DNA of 53,949 nt. Source: an uncultured Faecalimonas sp. (GTDB lineage: Bacteria; Bacillota; Clostridia; Lachnospirales; Lachnospiraceae). This document shows positions 38,400 through 46,849 of the stretch, in pieces (the first letter of the stretch is position 1; each line of letters begins with the position of its first letter). Location: NCBI GenBank assembly GCA_964385995.1, contig CAYLRF010000004.1, positions 1 through 53,949 of the forward strand, in the 5' to 3' direction. The translations under genes were made by a program, and so were the position numbers. The notes beneath the pieces are model-generated. The model was given only the letters and a program-made list of their open reading frames with translations. It was not told the DNA's origin and made no database searches.

Positions 38400-38492
38400 A
38401 ATACTTATTTGCGGCGCCTTAAAACCGCTTACGCCCTCGCGGTATCGGCGCGTCTCCTCCTTTTTCGGGTTAGCGGTAATATTATATTAAAA

Positions 38493-38662
38493 AGTGATAT
38501 TACGAATGGTTCCGCGCTACGCGCTCCCGCAATCCTGCCCCTGATATTCGGATTCCGTGGGACCCCTTCCTCACTTCATCCTCCTATTTGTGCGGATAGA
38601 GAACACTTTTCCCACCGGCACGCGGGAATGCCGTGGGGCAAGGTTTCTGCCTTGATATCACT
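38493..38662. repeat. Family-2 intergenic element, copy A (MITE-like, about 170 bp)
   Basis: Ends AGTGATAT (38493-38500) and ATATCACT (38655-38662) are inverse complements. Roughly 65 nt resemble 53121-53188, including the identical 14-mer GCTCCCGCAATCCT. Confidence 0.6.
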
Positions 38663-38672
38663 AAATGATATG

Positions 38673-39440
38673 TTATTTATCGTTTCGGATACGCGAAGCC
38701 TCAAGAAGACTTATAAATCCGCCGCCGTCCGTGTCCGATAAAGCACCCGTTTCACCTTGCGGCGCGTTTAATTCCGCCGCAACACGCGCGTACATCTCAG
38801 TCCTGTGGTAAGAGACGCGCGAGACATTAAAATCCGCGCCCGCAAAATCGGCGAAGGCGCGCATGGCGTCGTCGGGCTTAAGATTCCCCGCGCTTCCCGC
38901 CGCAAGACGCATGAAAAGACCGTCATTTCTTTCTTTCACGTCATAAATAAGCCCCCGTATGTCGTCCTCGCGCTCATTATCGCCTTTTTTTCGTATAAGC
39001 GGGATATGATCCTCTTTGAGGAAGGCCGCGATAATCTCGGTCTTATCTTTATCAGACACTTCATAAGGCCAAAATCCGCCGTCGATACGGCATATGTAAT
39101 CCGCCGCGGCGAGGATGGCCATGCCGGATCGTTTACGTTCATCGGCTATGGGTACCGCCGCGACGATGTCTATGCCGGGGACGGAATTTTCATTCATTTT
39201 ACGAACCGCGTCGCCGCAGTCGATGTCGCGTGTAAGTCCGAGATCAAAGTACTCTCCGTCGCTTGTCTGACCAACGCTTAAGGGACTCGCAAACGACATG
39301 ATCATATGTGGCTGAAATCCTTCGGTAAAAGCCGACGGGATACCTGAGCGCATGATAAGCTTTTGAAAGAAACGCATGAGATCCAAATGCCCCACGAATT
39401 TCATGGCGTCGTATTTACGAAATTTCACCCTTATCTTCAT
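38673..39440 (-). CDS. Radical-SAM-linked protein (DUF2344 / TIGR03936-like)
   Basis: MKIRVKFRKYDAMKFVGHLDLMRFFQKL is typical of DUF2344. The ATG at 39440 forms an ATGA overlap with the upstream radical-SAM gene's stop. Confidence 0.8.
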   Translation of the reverse strand: MKIRVKFRKYDAMKFVGHLDLMRFFQKLIMRSGIPSAFTEGFQPHMIMSFASPLSVGQTSDGEYFDLGLTRDIDCGDAVRKMNENSVPGIDIVAAVPIADERKRSGMAILAAADYICRIDGGFWPYEVSDKDKTEIIAAFLKEDHIPLIRKKGDNEREDDIRGLIYDVKERNDGLFMRLAAGSAGNLKPDDAMRAFADFAGADFNVSRVSYHRTEMYARVAAELNAPQGETGALSDTDGGGFISLLEASRIRNDK

Positions 39441-41290
39441 AAGCAGACTCCGGCGCCGAACGAGGCCGCCCCGCATCCCGCGCAGGACTTTCTGCAGTCA
39501 GGCGTCACCTCGGCCTTTAAGGCTTTTCCCCACTCGGAACGAAGATATGACCTTTTTACCCCTATGTCGATGAAATCCCACGGGAAGATCTCATTTTCAC
39601 CACGCTGTCTTAAGTTATAAAAACCGATATCCGCGTCCGACTCGCGAAAAGCTTCCCTCCAGGGTTCAAACTTAAAATGATCTCCCCACGAGTCATAAAG
39701 GCACCCTTTTTCATAAGCCTTTAAGATTACTCGGCCTAATTTTCTGTCTCCTCTCGCGAGCGCGCCCTCTATTACCGATACTTTCGAGTCATGCCAGTTA
39801 TATTTGATACTTTTGCGATTCGGATCTTTTATAAATTCAGCGCTTACCGCGGCCGCGCTTTCCTCAAAATATGTCTCATCGCGCATGGCGGCCCACTGGA
39901 AAGGCGTAAACGGCTTCGGTATAAAAAACGCCGTGCTCACAGTCACCTGACATTTTGCGCGTCCTTTACCGCGATTGAGATCATAATAACCGGCGGCGAT
40001 TTTCCCGGAAAGCCGCGCTATATCCTTTACGTCTTCTTCAGTCTCCGTCGGAAGCCCTATCATAAAATAAAGTTTCACGCGCCTTAAGCCGCTTTTAAAA
40101 GCTCTTTTCGCTCCGCCAAGGATATCATCTTCCGTGATCCCCTTATTTATCACATCACGAAGTCTCTGTGAGCCCGCCTCGGGCGCGAAGGTGAGACTGC
40201 TTTTCGGAAGATCCGAAAGCTTAGCCGTGACCTCTTGCGTAAACGAATCCAGGCGAAGTGAGGGAAGAGAGACATTTACCCCTTTATCCGCGTAATTGTC
40301 GATGAGAAACGTAAGAAGCTCATTTAGCTTGGAGTAATCATCCGAACTTAAGGAGCTTAGGGAAATCTCATCCTGTCCGGTGGAGGCGAGGCTCTTCGCC
40401 GCGATTTCCTCCAACCTTTCAAGGCTTCTCTCTCTCATCGGGCGGTATATCATGCCCGCCTGACAAAACCTGCAGCCTCTTACACATCCCCTCGCGATCT
40501 CAAGCACCACCCGATCCTGCACGGCCTTTACGAACGGCACGATCGGCTTTACGGGATAAGGCGAGGCGTCAAGATCCGTAACCGTCTGCTTTCTTATCTT
40601 CGCGGGCGCGTGGGGATTATTCGGCTTAAACTCGCGGATCGTGCCGTCCGCGTTATATGTGACGTCATAAAAGGACGGAACGTAAATCCCGGGCACACCC
40701 GCGGCCGCCTCGAGAAACTCTCTTCGCGATTTGCCGCTCTTTTTACATTCCTTATACTTATCCATCAGCTCGAAGTAGGAACACTCTCCTTCCCCGATGT
40801 AAAAGAGATCAAAGAAATCCGAAAGAGGCTCGGGGTTGTAGGTACAGGGACCGCCGCCTATCACGATGGGGTCTTCTTCGCCCCTCTCGGACGCCATAAG
40901 GGGTATCTTCGACAGATCCAATATCTGAAGGATATTCGTGTAACACATCTCATACTGGATCGTGATTCCCAGAAAATCAAAATCCTTTACGGGATCCTGG
41001 GACTCCAGCGCGAAAAGCGGGATATCTCTCTCACGCATAATCCGATCAAGGTCGGTCCACGGCGAATAAACTCTCTCGCACCATATGTCGTCCCTTTGGT
41101 TTAACATGTCGTAAAGAAGCGAAATGCCGAGGTGCGACATGCCTATCTCGTATACGTCTGGAAAGGCGAAGGCGAACCGGATTTGAACGCGGCTTTTGTC
41201 TTTCATGACGCTGTTTACTTCGTTTCCGATATATCTGGCCGGCTTTTCCACGCCGAGAAGTATATCGTCGGAAAGCGCAAGTTTTCTCAA
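39437..41290 (-). CDS. B12-binding-domain radical SAM protein of unknown function (TIGR03960-like)
   Basis: 617 aa. Radical-SAM motif CVRGCRFC, with the N-terminus MRKLALSDDILLGVEKPARYIGNE typical of this family. Confidence 0.8.
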   Translation of the reverse strand: MRKLALSDDILLGVEKPARYIGNEVNSVMKDKSRVQIRFAFAFPDVYEIGMSHLGISLLYDMLNQRDDIWCERVYSPWTDLDRIMRERDIPLFALESQDPVKDFDFLGITIQYEMCYTNILQILDLSKIPLMASERGEEDPIVIGGGPCTYNPEPLSDFFDLFYIGEGECSYFELMDKYKECKKSGKSRREFLEAAAGVPGIYVPSFYDVTYNADGTIREFKPNNPHAPAKIRKQTVTDLDASPYPVKPIVPFVKAVQDRVVLEIARGCVRGCRFCQAGMIYRPMRERSLERLEEIAAKSLASTGQDEISLSSLSSDDYSKLNELLTFLIDNYADKGVNVSLPSLRLDSFTQEVTAKLSDLPKSSLTFAPEAGSQRLRDVINKGITEDDILGGAKRAFKSGLRRVKLYFMIGLPTETEEDVKDIARLSGKIAAGYYDLNRGKGRAKCQVTVSTAFFIPKPFTPFQWAAMRDETYFEESAAAVSAEFIKDPNRKSIKYNWHDSKVSVIEGALARGDRKLGRVILKAYEKGCLYDSWGDHFKFEPWREAFRESDADIGFYNLRQRGENEIFPWDFIDIGVKRSYLRSEWGKALKAEVTPDCRKSCAGCGAASFGAGVCL

Positions 41291-41308
41291 GACTTAAGTC
41301 TCCTGTTA

Positions 41309-42592
41309 CTAACGGTTCGCAAGTTCAGCCGTGACATCATCCCACGTGACGTGGCACTCAGCCATAAGGACCATGGCGTGATACAGCAAATCCGAAAGCT
41401 CGTATCTGACTTCCTCGGGATTTTGGTTCTTCGCGGCTATCACAAGCTCCGTGGCTTCCTCTCCGACTTTCTTTAAGATCTTATCTATGCCTTTGTCGAA
41501 CAGATAATTCGTGTAAGAACCTTCCTTCGGATGCTCTTTCCTGTCAAGGATAGTCGCGTATACGCTTTCAAAGACGCGAAGCGGATTGGTCTCGTCTAAG
41601 TCATCTCCCATGACGTTATTAAAAAAACAGCTTCTGCTTCCCGTATGGCAGGCCGGCCCCACCTGATCTACTTTGGCGAGCAGAGTGTCAAGATCACAGT
41701 CGGCCGTAAGGGATCTTACATACTGAAAATGTCCCGATGTCTCACCCTTTACCCAAAGCGTGTTCCGGCTTCGGCTGAAATACGTCATCTTCCCCGTCTT
41801 TACGGTTGCGTCAAAGGCCTCTTTATTCATGTAGGCGAGCATAAGCACCTCGCCGGTTCTGAAGTGCTGGGATATAACAGGGACAAGCCCGTCCCGGTTC
41901 GCGCAAAGATCGTCAAAATCAATCGCGCATGAAAATCCGCCGACGTCAAGCCCCAGGCTTTCGCAGCGTTCTTTAAAATCAGAGAAGGAAAATCCCGGAT
42001 CTTCGATATATTTGCCCGAAAGACCGGTAATCTTTTCCTGTTTTAAGATATTCATGATTACATTTTCATCTTCGGTATCCGTGATGATAACCGTGGGCTT
42101 ATCCGTGATGTCTGTCACGGACTGAACGCGAGGCTGCCCCGTGAAAATGATCTCGCTCGCGCTTTCGTTTATGGCCGCGGCGTTTTTGTAAAGACTGTCA
42201 AAATCATCGACGGACGCGGCGATTTTTTCTTTCCCGAAGCGAAGCGCCGCCTCTGAAATGAGTTTGGCGCCCTCTTTCGACGACATATCGATAACGGCCT
42301 TACGCGCTCCCGCGTAGAGGATTTTTTTTATGTCCTCCTGCCTGCGCACATGACCCCCCGCGTAGACAGGGACATGAACCCTGCGGCATATCTTTTTCAG
42401 CATGCCCGTATTTAAATCATGCTCTCTGTCATCGTCGGAAAGATCGATGACTATGAGAGCGTCCGCGCCGTTTCTGTCGTACGACGAGGCAAGATCCGAA
42501 GCGTCTTTGGAAAGGACCGTAAAGTCGTCAAACCACGCGGCGGCCTCTCCCGTCCGCAAAAAGACGGCGGGCATCAATCTTTTGCGGCTCAT
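41309..42592 (-). CDS. hisIE: Fusion: degenerate HisA/HisF-like barrel + phosphoribosyl-AMP cyclohydrolase / phosphoribosyl-ATP diphosphatase (HisIE)
   Basis: 427 aa. The C-terminal half contains HisI ([11 protein letters not shown]...DCDLDTLL...[12 protein letters not shown]) and HisE ([23 protein letters not shown]). The N-terminal ~215 aa resemble HisA/F ([25 protein letters not shown]). ATGA overlap with the hisB stop. Confidence 0.85.
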   Translation of the reverse strand: MSRKRLMPAVFLRTGEAAAWFDDFTVLSKDASDLASSYDRNGADALIVIDLSDDDREHDLNTGMLKKICRRVHVPVYAGGHVRRQEDIKKILYAGARKAVIDMSSKEGAKLISEAALRFGKEKIAASVDDFDSLYKNAAAINESASEIIFTGQPRVQSVTDITDKPTVIITDTEDENVIMNILKQEKITGLSGKYIEDPGFSFSDFKERCESLGLDVGGFSCAIDFDDLCANRDGLVPVISQHFRTGEVLMLAYMNKEAFDATVKTGKMTYFSRSRNTLWVKGETSGHFQYVRSLTADCDLDTLLAKVDQVGPACHTGSRSCFFNNVMGDDLDETNPLRVFESVYATILDRKEHPKEGSYTNYLFDKGIDKILKKVGEEATELVIAAKNQNPEEVRYELSDLLYHAMVLMAECHVTWDDVTAELANR

Positions 42593-43185
42593 AATATAAG
42601 GCTTCCTTTCGTGGACCAGACGTCGTCAATGCGGCTCTCCCGCGACGCGGCAACATCAAGCGCCCTGCCGAAGGATTTAAATAACGCCTCCGCCATATGG
42701 TGGTTATTTATGCCGTCCTCAAGCTTTAAGTGCAGACACATCAATGCGTTATGGCTCACGGCGTAAAAGAAATCGCGTACCGTCTCCGTATCCATGCCGC
42801 CGAGCCTTTCCACGGTAAAATCGGCCTTATATGAAAGAAAGGGCCTTCCCGATAAGTCGATGGCGCACAGCGCGAGCGCCTCATCCATCGGAAGCAAAAA
42901 AGAGCCGTATCGCTTTATGCCTTTCCTGTCTCCGAGCGCCTCCTCCAGCGCCTTGCCCAAGGCGATACCCACGTCCTCCACCGTATGGTGGCAGTCGACG
43001 TCAAGGTCGCCTTTCGCGGTGACCGAAAGATCGAAAAGCCCGTGCTTCGCGAAGCTTTCCAGCATGTGATCGAAATACCCTATGCCGGTCTTTATGTCCG
43101 TTTTGCCGCTGCCGTCGAGATTTAACCTCACGGCGATGTCCGTTTCCTTCGTGGTTCTTTTTACCGAAGCGATCCTGTCATCCAT
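42589..43185 (-). CDS. hisB: Imidazoleglycerol-phosphate dehydratase
   Basis: 198 aa. RTTKETDI and [14 protein letters not shown] are IGPD motifs. Confidence 0.95.
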   Translation of the reverse strand: MDDRIASVKRTTKETDIAVRLNLDGSGKTDIKTGIGYFDHMLESFAKHGLFDLSVTAKGDLDVDCHHTVEDVGIALGKALEEALGDRKGIKRYGSFLLPMDEALALCAIDLSGRPFLSYKADFTVERLGGMDTETVRDFFYAVSHNALMCLHLKLEDGINNHHMAEALFKSFGRALDVAASRESRIDDVWSTKGSLIL

Positions 43186-43357
43186 CTTTACCTCTTTCCC
43201 GACGTGTCTTTCACGTCATACAGGTAGTTCGAAAGATTTCAAACTTACCTCTTTCCCGACGTGTTCCTCACGTCATAAAGATAGTTCGAAAGATTTCGAA
43301 CTTACCTCTTTCCCGTCGTGTTCCTCACGTCATAAAGGCAGCTTAAAAAGTTTACTT
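43186..43357 (-). repeat. Family-1 module, 3 tandem copies (57-bp period) filling the hisD-hisB spacer
   Basis: Plus-strand units start at about 43187, 43244 and 43301 (CTTACCTCTTTCCCGACGTG...). Each carries two hairpins and a GGGAAAGAGG tract on the coding strand. Confidence 0.9.
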
Positions 43358-44653
43358 TCCTTCCTCCTCAAATCTTACCCTTACGGAATTCGCGTGCGCC
43401 TCTAAGTGCTCCGTATTCGCGAAAAGCATGATGTCGTCCGCCATTTGCCTAAGAGCCCCTTTCGAACATGAGATGACGCTTGATTTTTTCACGAACGAGT
43501 CCACGTTAAGCGCCGAGAAGAAACGAGCGGTACCTCCCGTCGGAAGCACATGACTCGGCCCCGCCATATAATCTCCCAAAGGCTCGCTGCTGTACTCTCC
43601 GATGAAGATGGCGCCTGCGTTTCTTATCCTCGTCATCACCTCAAAAGGATTTTTCGTCATGATTTCCAGATGTTCCGGCGCTATACCGTTCGCGAGATCT
43701 ATCGCGTCGTCCATGGAATCCGTGACGAAGATGCCCCCGCATCCGTCTATGGATTTTCTTATGATATCGCGCCTGGGGAGCGTATTTATGAGCTTTTCGA
43801 CTTCGTCACTGACCTTACGCGCCAGTGACTCGCTGACCGTTATGAGAATCGCGCTTGCCATCTCGTCATGTTCCGCCTGTGAGAGAAGATCCGCCGCCGC
43901 GAAGCGCGGATTCGCCGTCTCGTCGGCCAGCACCAACACCTCGCTGGGTCCCGCCACGGAGTCAATGTCAACCGCGCCGTAGACGGCCTTTTTCGCGAGA
44001 GCGACGTATATGTTCCCCGGGCCCGCTATCTTATCAACCGCGGGTATGCTTTCGGTGCCGTAAGCCATAGCGGCTATGGCCTGCGCCCCGCCCGCTTTGT
44101 AGATGACATCGACGCCGGATTCGCGCGCGGCGATAAGAGTATGGATATTTACCGAGCCGTCCGATAAAGGCGGCGTCGTCATAATTATCTCATCCACACC
44201 CGCAACCTTAGCCGGCAGGACATTCATAAGCACCGAGGAAGGGTATGATGCCTTGCCGCCCGGCACGTAGATGCCGACTCTCTTTAACGGCGTCACCTTT
44301 TGCCCGAGAATCATCCCGTCAGGCGTTGTCGAAAACCAGCTTTGCCTCTTCTGCTTCTCGTGATAGGAGATGATGTTTTCCTTCGCCTTTCTTATCACGG
44401 ATATCACCTTCGGGTCGGCTGCCTCGTAGGCTTTATCGATCTCATCCGCGGTCACGGCGATATTCGCTTCGGATATGTCCGCTCCGTCGAATTTCTTCGT
44501 AAGCGAAAAAAGGGCCTTATCACCCCCGCGTCTTACCTCCTCTATGACGGAGCGCACCGCGGGCTCATATTTTTCATAGCTGCCCGCTCTTACTTTAAGC
44601 AACTCGCGTATCTCGCTCTTTCCCGAATCCCGATCTGATTTTGTTATCCGCAT
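43352..44653 (-). CDS. hisD: Histidinol dehydrogenase
   Basis: SQAEHDE, GPSHVLPT and similar motifs. ATG 44653 (GGGGAAG upstream) is preferred over the GTG at 44686. Confidence 0.93.
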   Translation of the reverse strand: MRITKSDRDSGKSEIRELLKVRAGSYEKYEPAVRSVIEEVRRGGDKALFSLTKKFDGADISEANIAVTADEIDKAYEAADPKVISVIRKAKENIISYHEKQKRQSWFSTTPDGMILGQKVTPLKRVGIYVPGGKASYPSSVLMNVLPAKVAGVDEIIMTTPPLSDGSVNIHTLIAARESGVDVIYKAGGAQAIAAMAYGTESIPAVDKIAGPGNIYVALAKKAVYGAVDIDSVAGPSEVLVLADETANPRFAAADLLSQAEHDEMASAILITVSESLARKVSDEVEKLINTLPRRDIIRKSIDGCGGIFVTDSMDDAIDLANGIAPEHLEIMTKNPFEVMTRIRNAGAIFIGEYSSEPLGDYMAGPSHVLPTGGTARFFSALNVDSFVKKSSVISCSKGALRQMADDIMLFANTEHLEAHANSVRVRFEEEGK

Positions 44654-44780
44654 ATTTCTTCCCCGGCCCTCAAACTTATCCGACACTTTAAAATCACGTG
44701 TGATTTCAGCTCCTTCATCCTGACATCATCATTATGATTCTTCGGCTGACGAGACTTCCCGCGCGATCGCGGCTTCTCCT

Positions 44781-44876
44781 ATGACTTTCCTCTTTCATGG
44801 CTCGCTTTAGCGCGTTATGACCCGCTTTAGCGCGGCATCCGTCATCAATGGGGTTACGAAAGTTTACTTTCAAATC
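44781..44876 (-). repeat. Degenerate family-1 module after hisG
   Basis: Coding-strand read: GAAAG-TAAA-CTTTC (hairpin A) 8 nt after the hisG stop. Then ATGAC, a duplicated CGCGCTAAAGCG hairpin motif, and GAAAGAGGAAAG. Confidence 0.45.
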
Positions 44877-44882
44877 TTTAGC

Positions 44883-45530
44883 TTAAGGCTCGGCTCTTAC
44901 GATTCGGCTGAGCTTCGTGATTAGATCTTTTATCCGTTCGCTTTCGAGCCTTAAACTTACGGGATTTACTATCACGCGCGCGCTTAAAGGGCAAATCTCT
45001 TCCAAGACCTCGAGATTATTTTCCTTTAACGTGCCCCCCGTCTCCACGATGTCGACGATGACTTCGGATAAACCGACCAGAGGCGCGAGTTCCACGGAGC
45101 CGTGTAACTTTACGATCTCCACCGTCTGGTGCTTTTTATCGAAGAAATAGTTCTTTGCTATGTTCGGATATTTGGTGGCCACCCTGATATTTTCTTTTTT
45201 CTTAAGAAGTGCCGAGGCGTCTTTCGGACCGCAGACGCACATGCGGCATTTGCCGAAGCGAAGATCCAGCACCTCGTGTACTTTTCTGCCTTCCTCCATG
45301 ATGACGTCCTTACCGACTATGCCGATATCCGCCGCTCCGTATTCGACGTAAGTCGGCACGTCCGGACCCTTCGCGAGAAAAAACCTGAATCTCAGATCCT
45401 CGTTTGCGAATATAAGCTTTCGCGAATGATTATCGGCCGTCTGTGGAGACGTAAATCCTATTTTTCCGAGCAGCTCAACCGATTTTTCGGCGAGCCTTCC
45501 CTTCGCGAGAGCGAACGTAAGATATCTCAT
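44883..45530 (-). CDS. hisG: ATP phosphoribosyltransferase, short form
   Basis: 215 aa. MRYLTFALAKGRL... The short HisG form is the type that needs HisZ. Confidence 0.93.
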   Translation of the reverse strand: MRYLTFALAKGRLAEKSVELLGKIGFTSPQTADNHSRKLIFANEDLRFRFFLAKGPDVPTYVEYGAADIGIVGKDVIMEEGRKVHEVLDLRFGKCRMCVCGPKDASALLKKKENIRVATKYPNIAKNYFFDKKHQTVEIVKLHGSVELAPLVGLSEVIVDIVETGGTLKENNLEVLEEICPLSARVIVNPVSLRLESERIKDLITKLSRIVRAEP

Positions 45531-45553
45531 ATATGCCCCACCCCGTCATGCGA

Positions 45554-46849
45554 TTAGTTATCTTTTTTCTCTTTTTTCTCATCGACTGCCTGCGCGTCCG
45601 GCATTATCCTTTTTTTCATTGTTCTGGTTCTTCCGGTAAGAAGATTTACCATCTCGATCTCGCTGCCCGCCTTCAGGTACATCATGCTCGCGCATTGATT
45701 TTTTTTGGCGTGTGCGATGTAAAAGTCAAGCTCGGACGCGGGATTTTTTTTCATAAGGAGCGTAGGTTTCCTGTTTTTTCTGAAATCGCGGGCGACGAGA
45801 GCCGCTTCCTCGTGTCTTTCCCCGTCATAGAGAACGTATGTGCCTCTTAAACAGAGCGGTACGTTGATCTTCTGCCGCGATATGGCTTTCATAAGCTCGT
45901 CCGCCACGATGACAAAACCCACGGCCGGCAGATCGCGTCCGAATTTCGCGATAAGACTGTCATATCTTCCGCCCTTTACGACGGCGTCCCCTATACCGTA
46001 AGTATATCCGTGAAATATAACGCCGGTGTAATATCCGTAATCTCCGCTGATTCCGAGATCAAATGTCACGTATCTGCCGACGCCGTATCCCCTTAAAGCC
46101 TCGTACATCTCCTCGAGACGGCTCACCGCCTTAAGACAGCGGGGGCTTAAGGCTATCTTTTTCGCCTCTTTTAAGACTTCGACGCCGCCCGTAAGCTCGG
46201 GGAGTATCTGAAACGCGGTCTTGGCCGTCACCTTCACGCCGCACTCGTCCAAAAGCTCCTCCACTCCGAATGAATTGCGGTTTTTAATGAGACGGCGCAG
46301 ATATTCCTCATGTTCATCGTCAAGTCCAATCCCGCTTATAAGACCCTCGAAGAAGTCGACGTCTCCCACGTATATCTGAAAATCGTCAAGACCGGCTCCC
46401 CTAAGCGCGTCCGCGGCCATCGCGATCATCTCCGCGTCCGCCTCCGCGCTTCCCTCTCCGATAAGCTCGGCGCCTATATGCGTGGTCTCATGCAATTTCC
46501 CCTGATATCCAGACGGATTGGTAAAAGCGTTGCCGCGATAGCAGAGACGAAGCGGCATGTCGCTTTCGTCAAACACCGTGGCCGCGGCCCTCGCCACCGA
46601 CGGAGTGATATCCGGCCGTAAAACCAGAGTGTTCCCCTCTTTATCAAACAGCTTATACAGATCCTTTGACGGAGTCGAGCCTTTGTCCTTTCCGAAAACG
46701 TCGAAATACTCAAGCGACGGCGTCTGAATGTCGCGGTATCCGTAAAGACGCATCGCGCCGAGCAGCTTTTCTTCCGTGGCAAGCTTCGCGGCGCATTCCG
46801 TATTATATATGTCTCTCACGCCGTCCGGCGTGTGCTGATGACGACTCAT
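45554..46849 (-). CDS. hisZ: ATP phosphoribosyltransferase regulatory subunit (HisS paralogue)
   Basis: TPDGVRDIY...YGYRDIQTPSLEYFDVF...LRPDITPSVAR, without the HisS catalytic arginine motif. Start at ATG 46849. The track's upstream extension is a translated repeat. Confidence 0.85.
   Translation of the reverse strand: MSRHQHTPDGVRDIYNTECAAKLATEEKLLGAMRLYGYRDIQTPSLEYFDVFGKDKGSTPSKDLYKLFDKEGNTLVLRPDITPSVARAAATVFDESDMPLRLCYRGNAFTNPSGYQGKLHETTHIGAELIGEGSAEADAEMIAMAADALRGAGLDDFQIYVGDVDFFEGLISGIGLDDEHEEYLRRLIKNRNSFGVEELLDECGVKVTAKTAFQILPELTGGVEVLKEAKKIALSPRCLKAVSRLEEMYEALRGYGVGRYVTFDLGISGDYGYYTGVIFHGYTYGIGDAVVKGGRYDSLIAKFGRDLPAVGFVIVADELMKAISRQKINVPLCLRGTYVLYDGERHEEAALVARDFRKNRKPTLLMKKNPASELDFYIAHAKKNQCASMMYLKAGSEIEMVNLLTGRTRTMKKRIMPDAQAVDEKKEKKDN

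Noticed and set aside
38400-38672. Lysine riboswitch or T-box leader upstream of aspartate kinase
   Set aside because: I could not find the conserved L-box strings (AGAGGCGC, GAGTA, GCCGAAG, CTGTCA) or a T-box (GGTGGTACCGCG-like) on the coding strand. Much of the spacer is instead homologous to the rsmD-coaD spacer. Needs cmscan to be certain.
43186-43357. CRISPR array
   Set aside because: The units are contiguous 57-bp repeats with no unique spacers, there are only 3 copies, no cas genes are present, and each unit ends in an SD-like tract used by the next gene.
44715-44798. 27-codon ORF (MKEESHRRSRDRAGSLVSRRIIMMMSG) in the hisG-hisD spacer
   Set aside because: Its ATG arises from the repeat-derived GCCATGAAAGAGG string, there is no independent SD, and its composition looks random. 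It is probably not coding.
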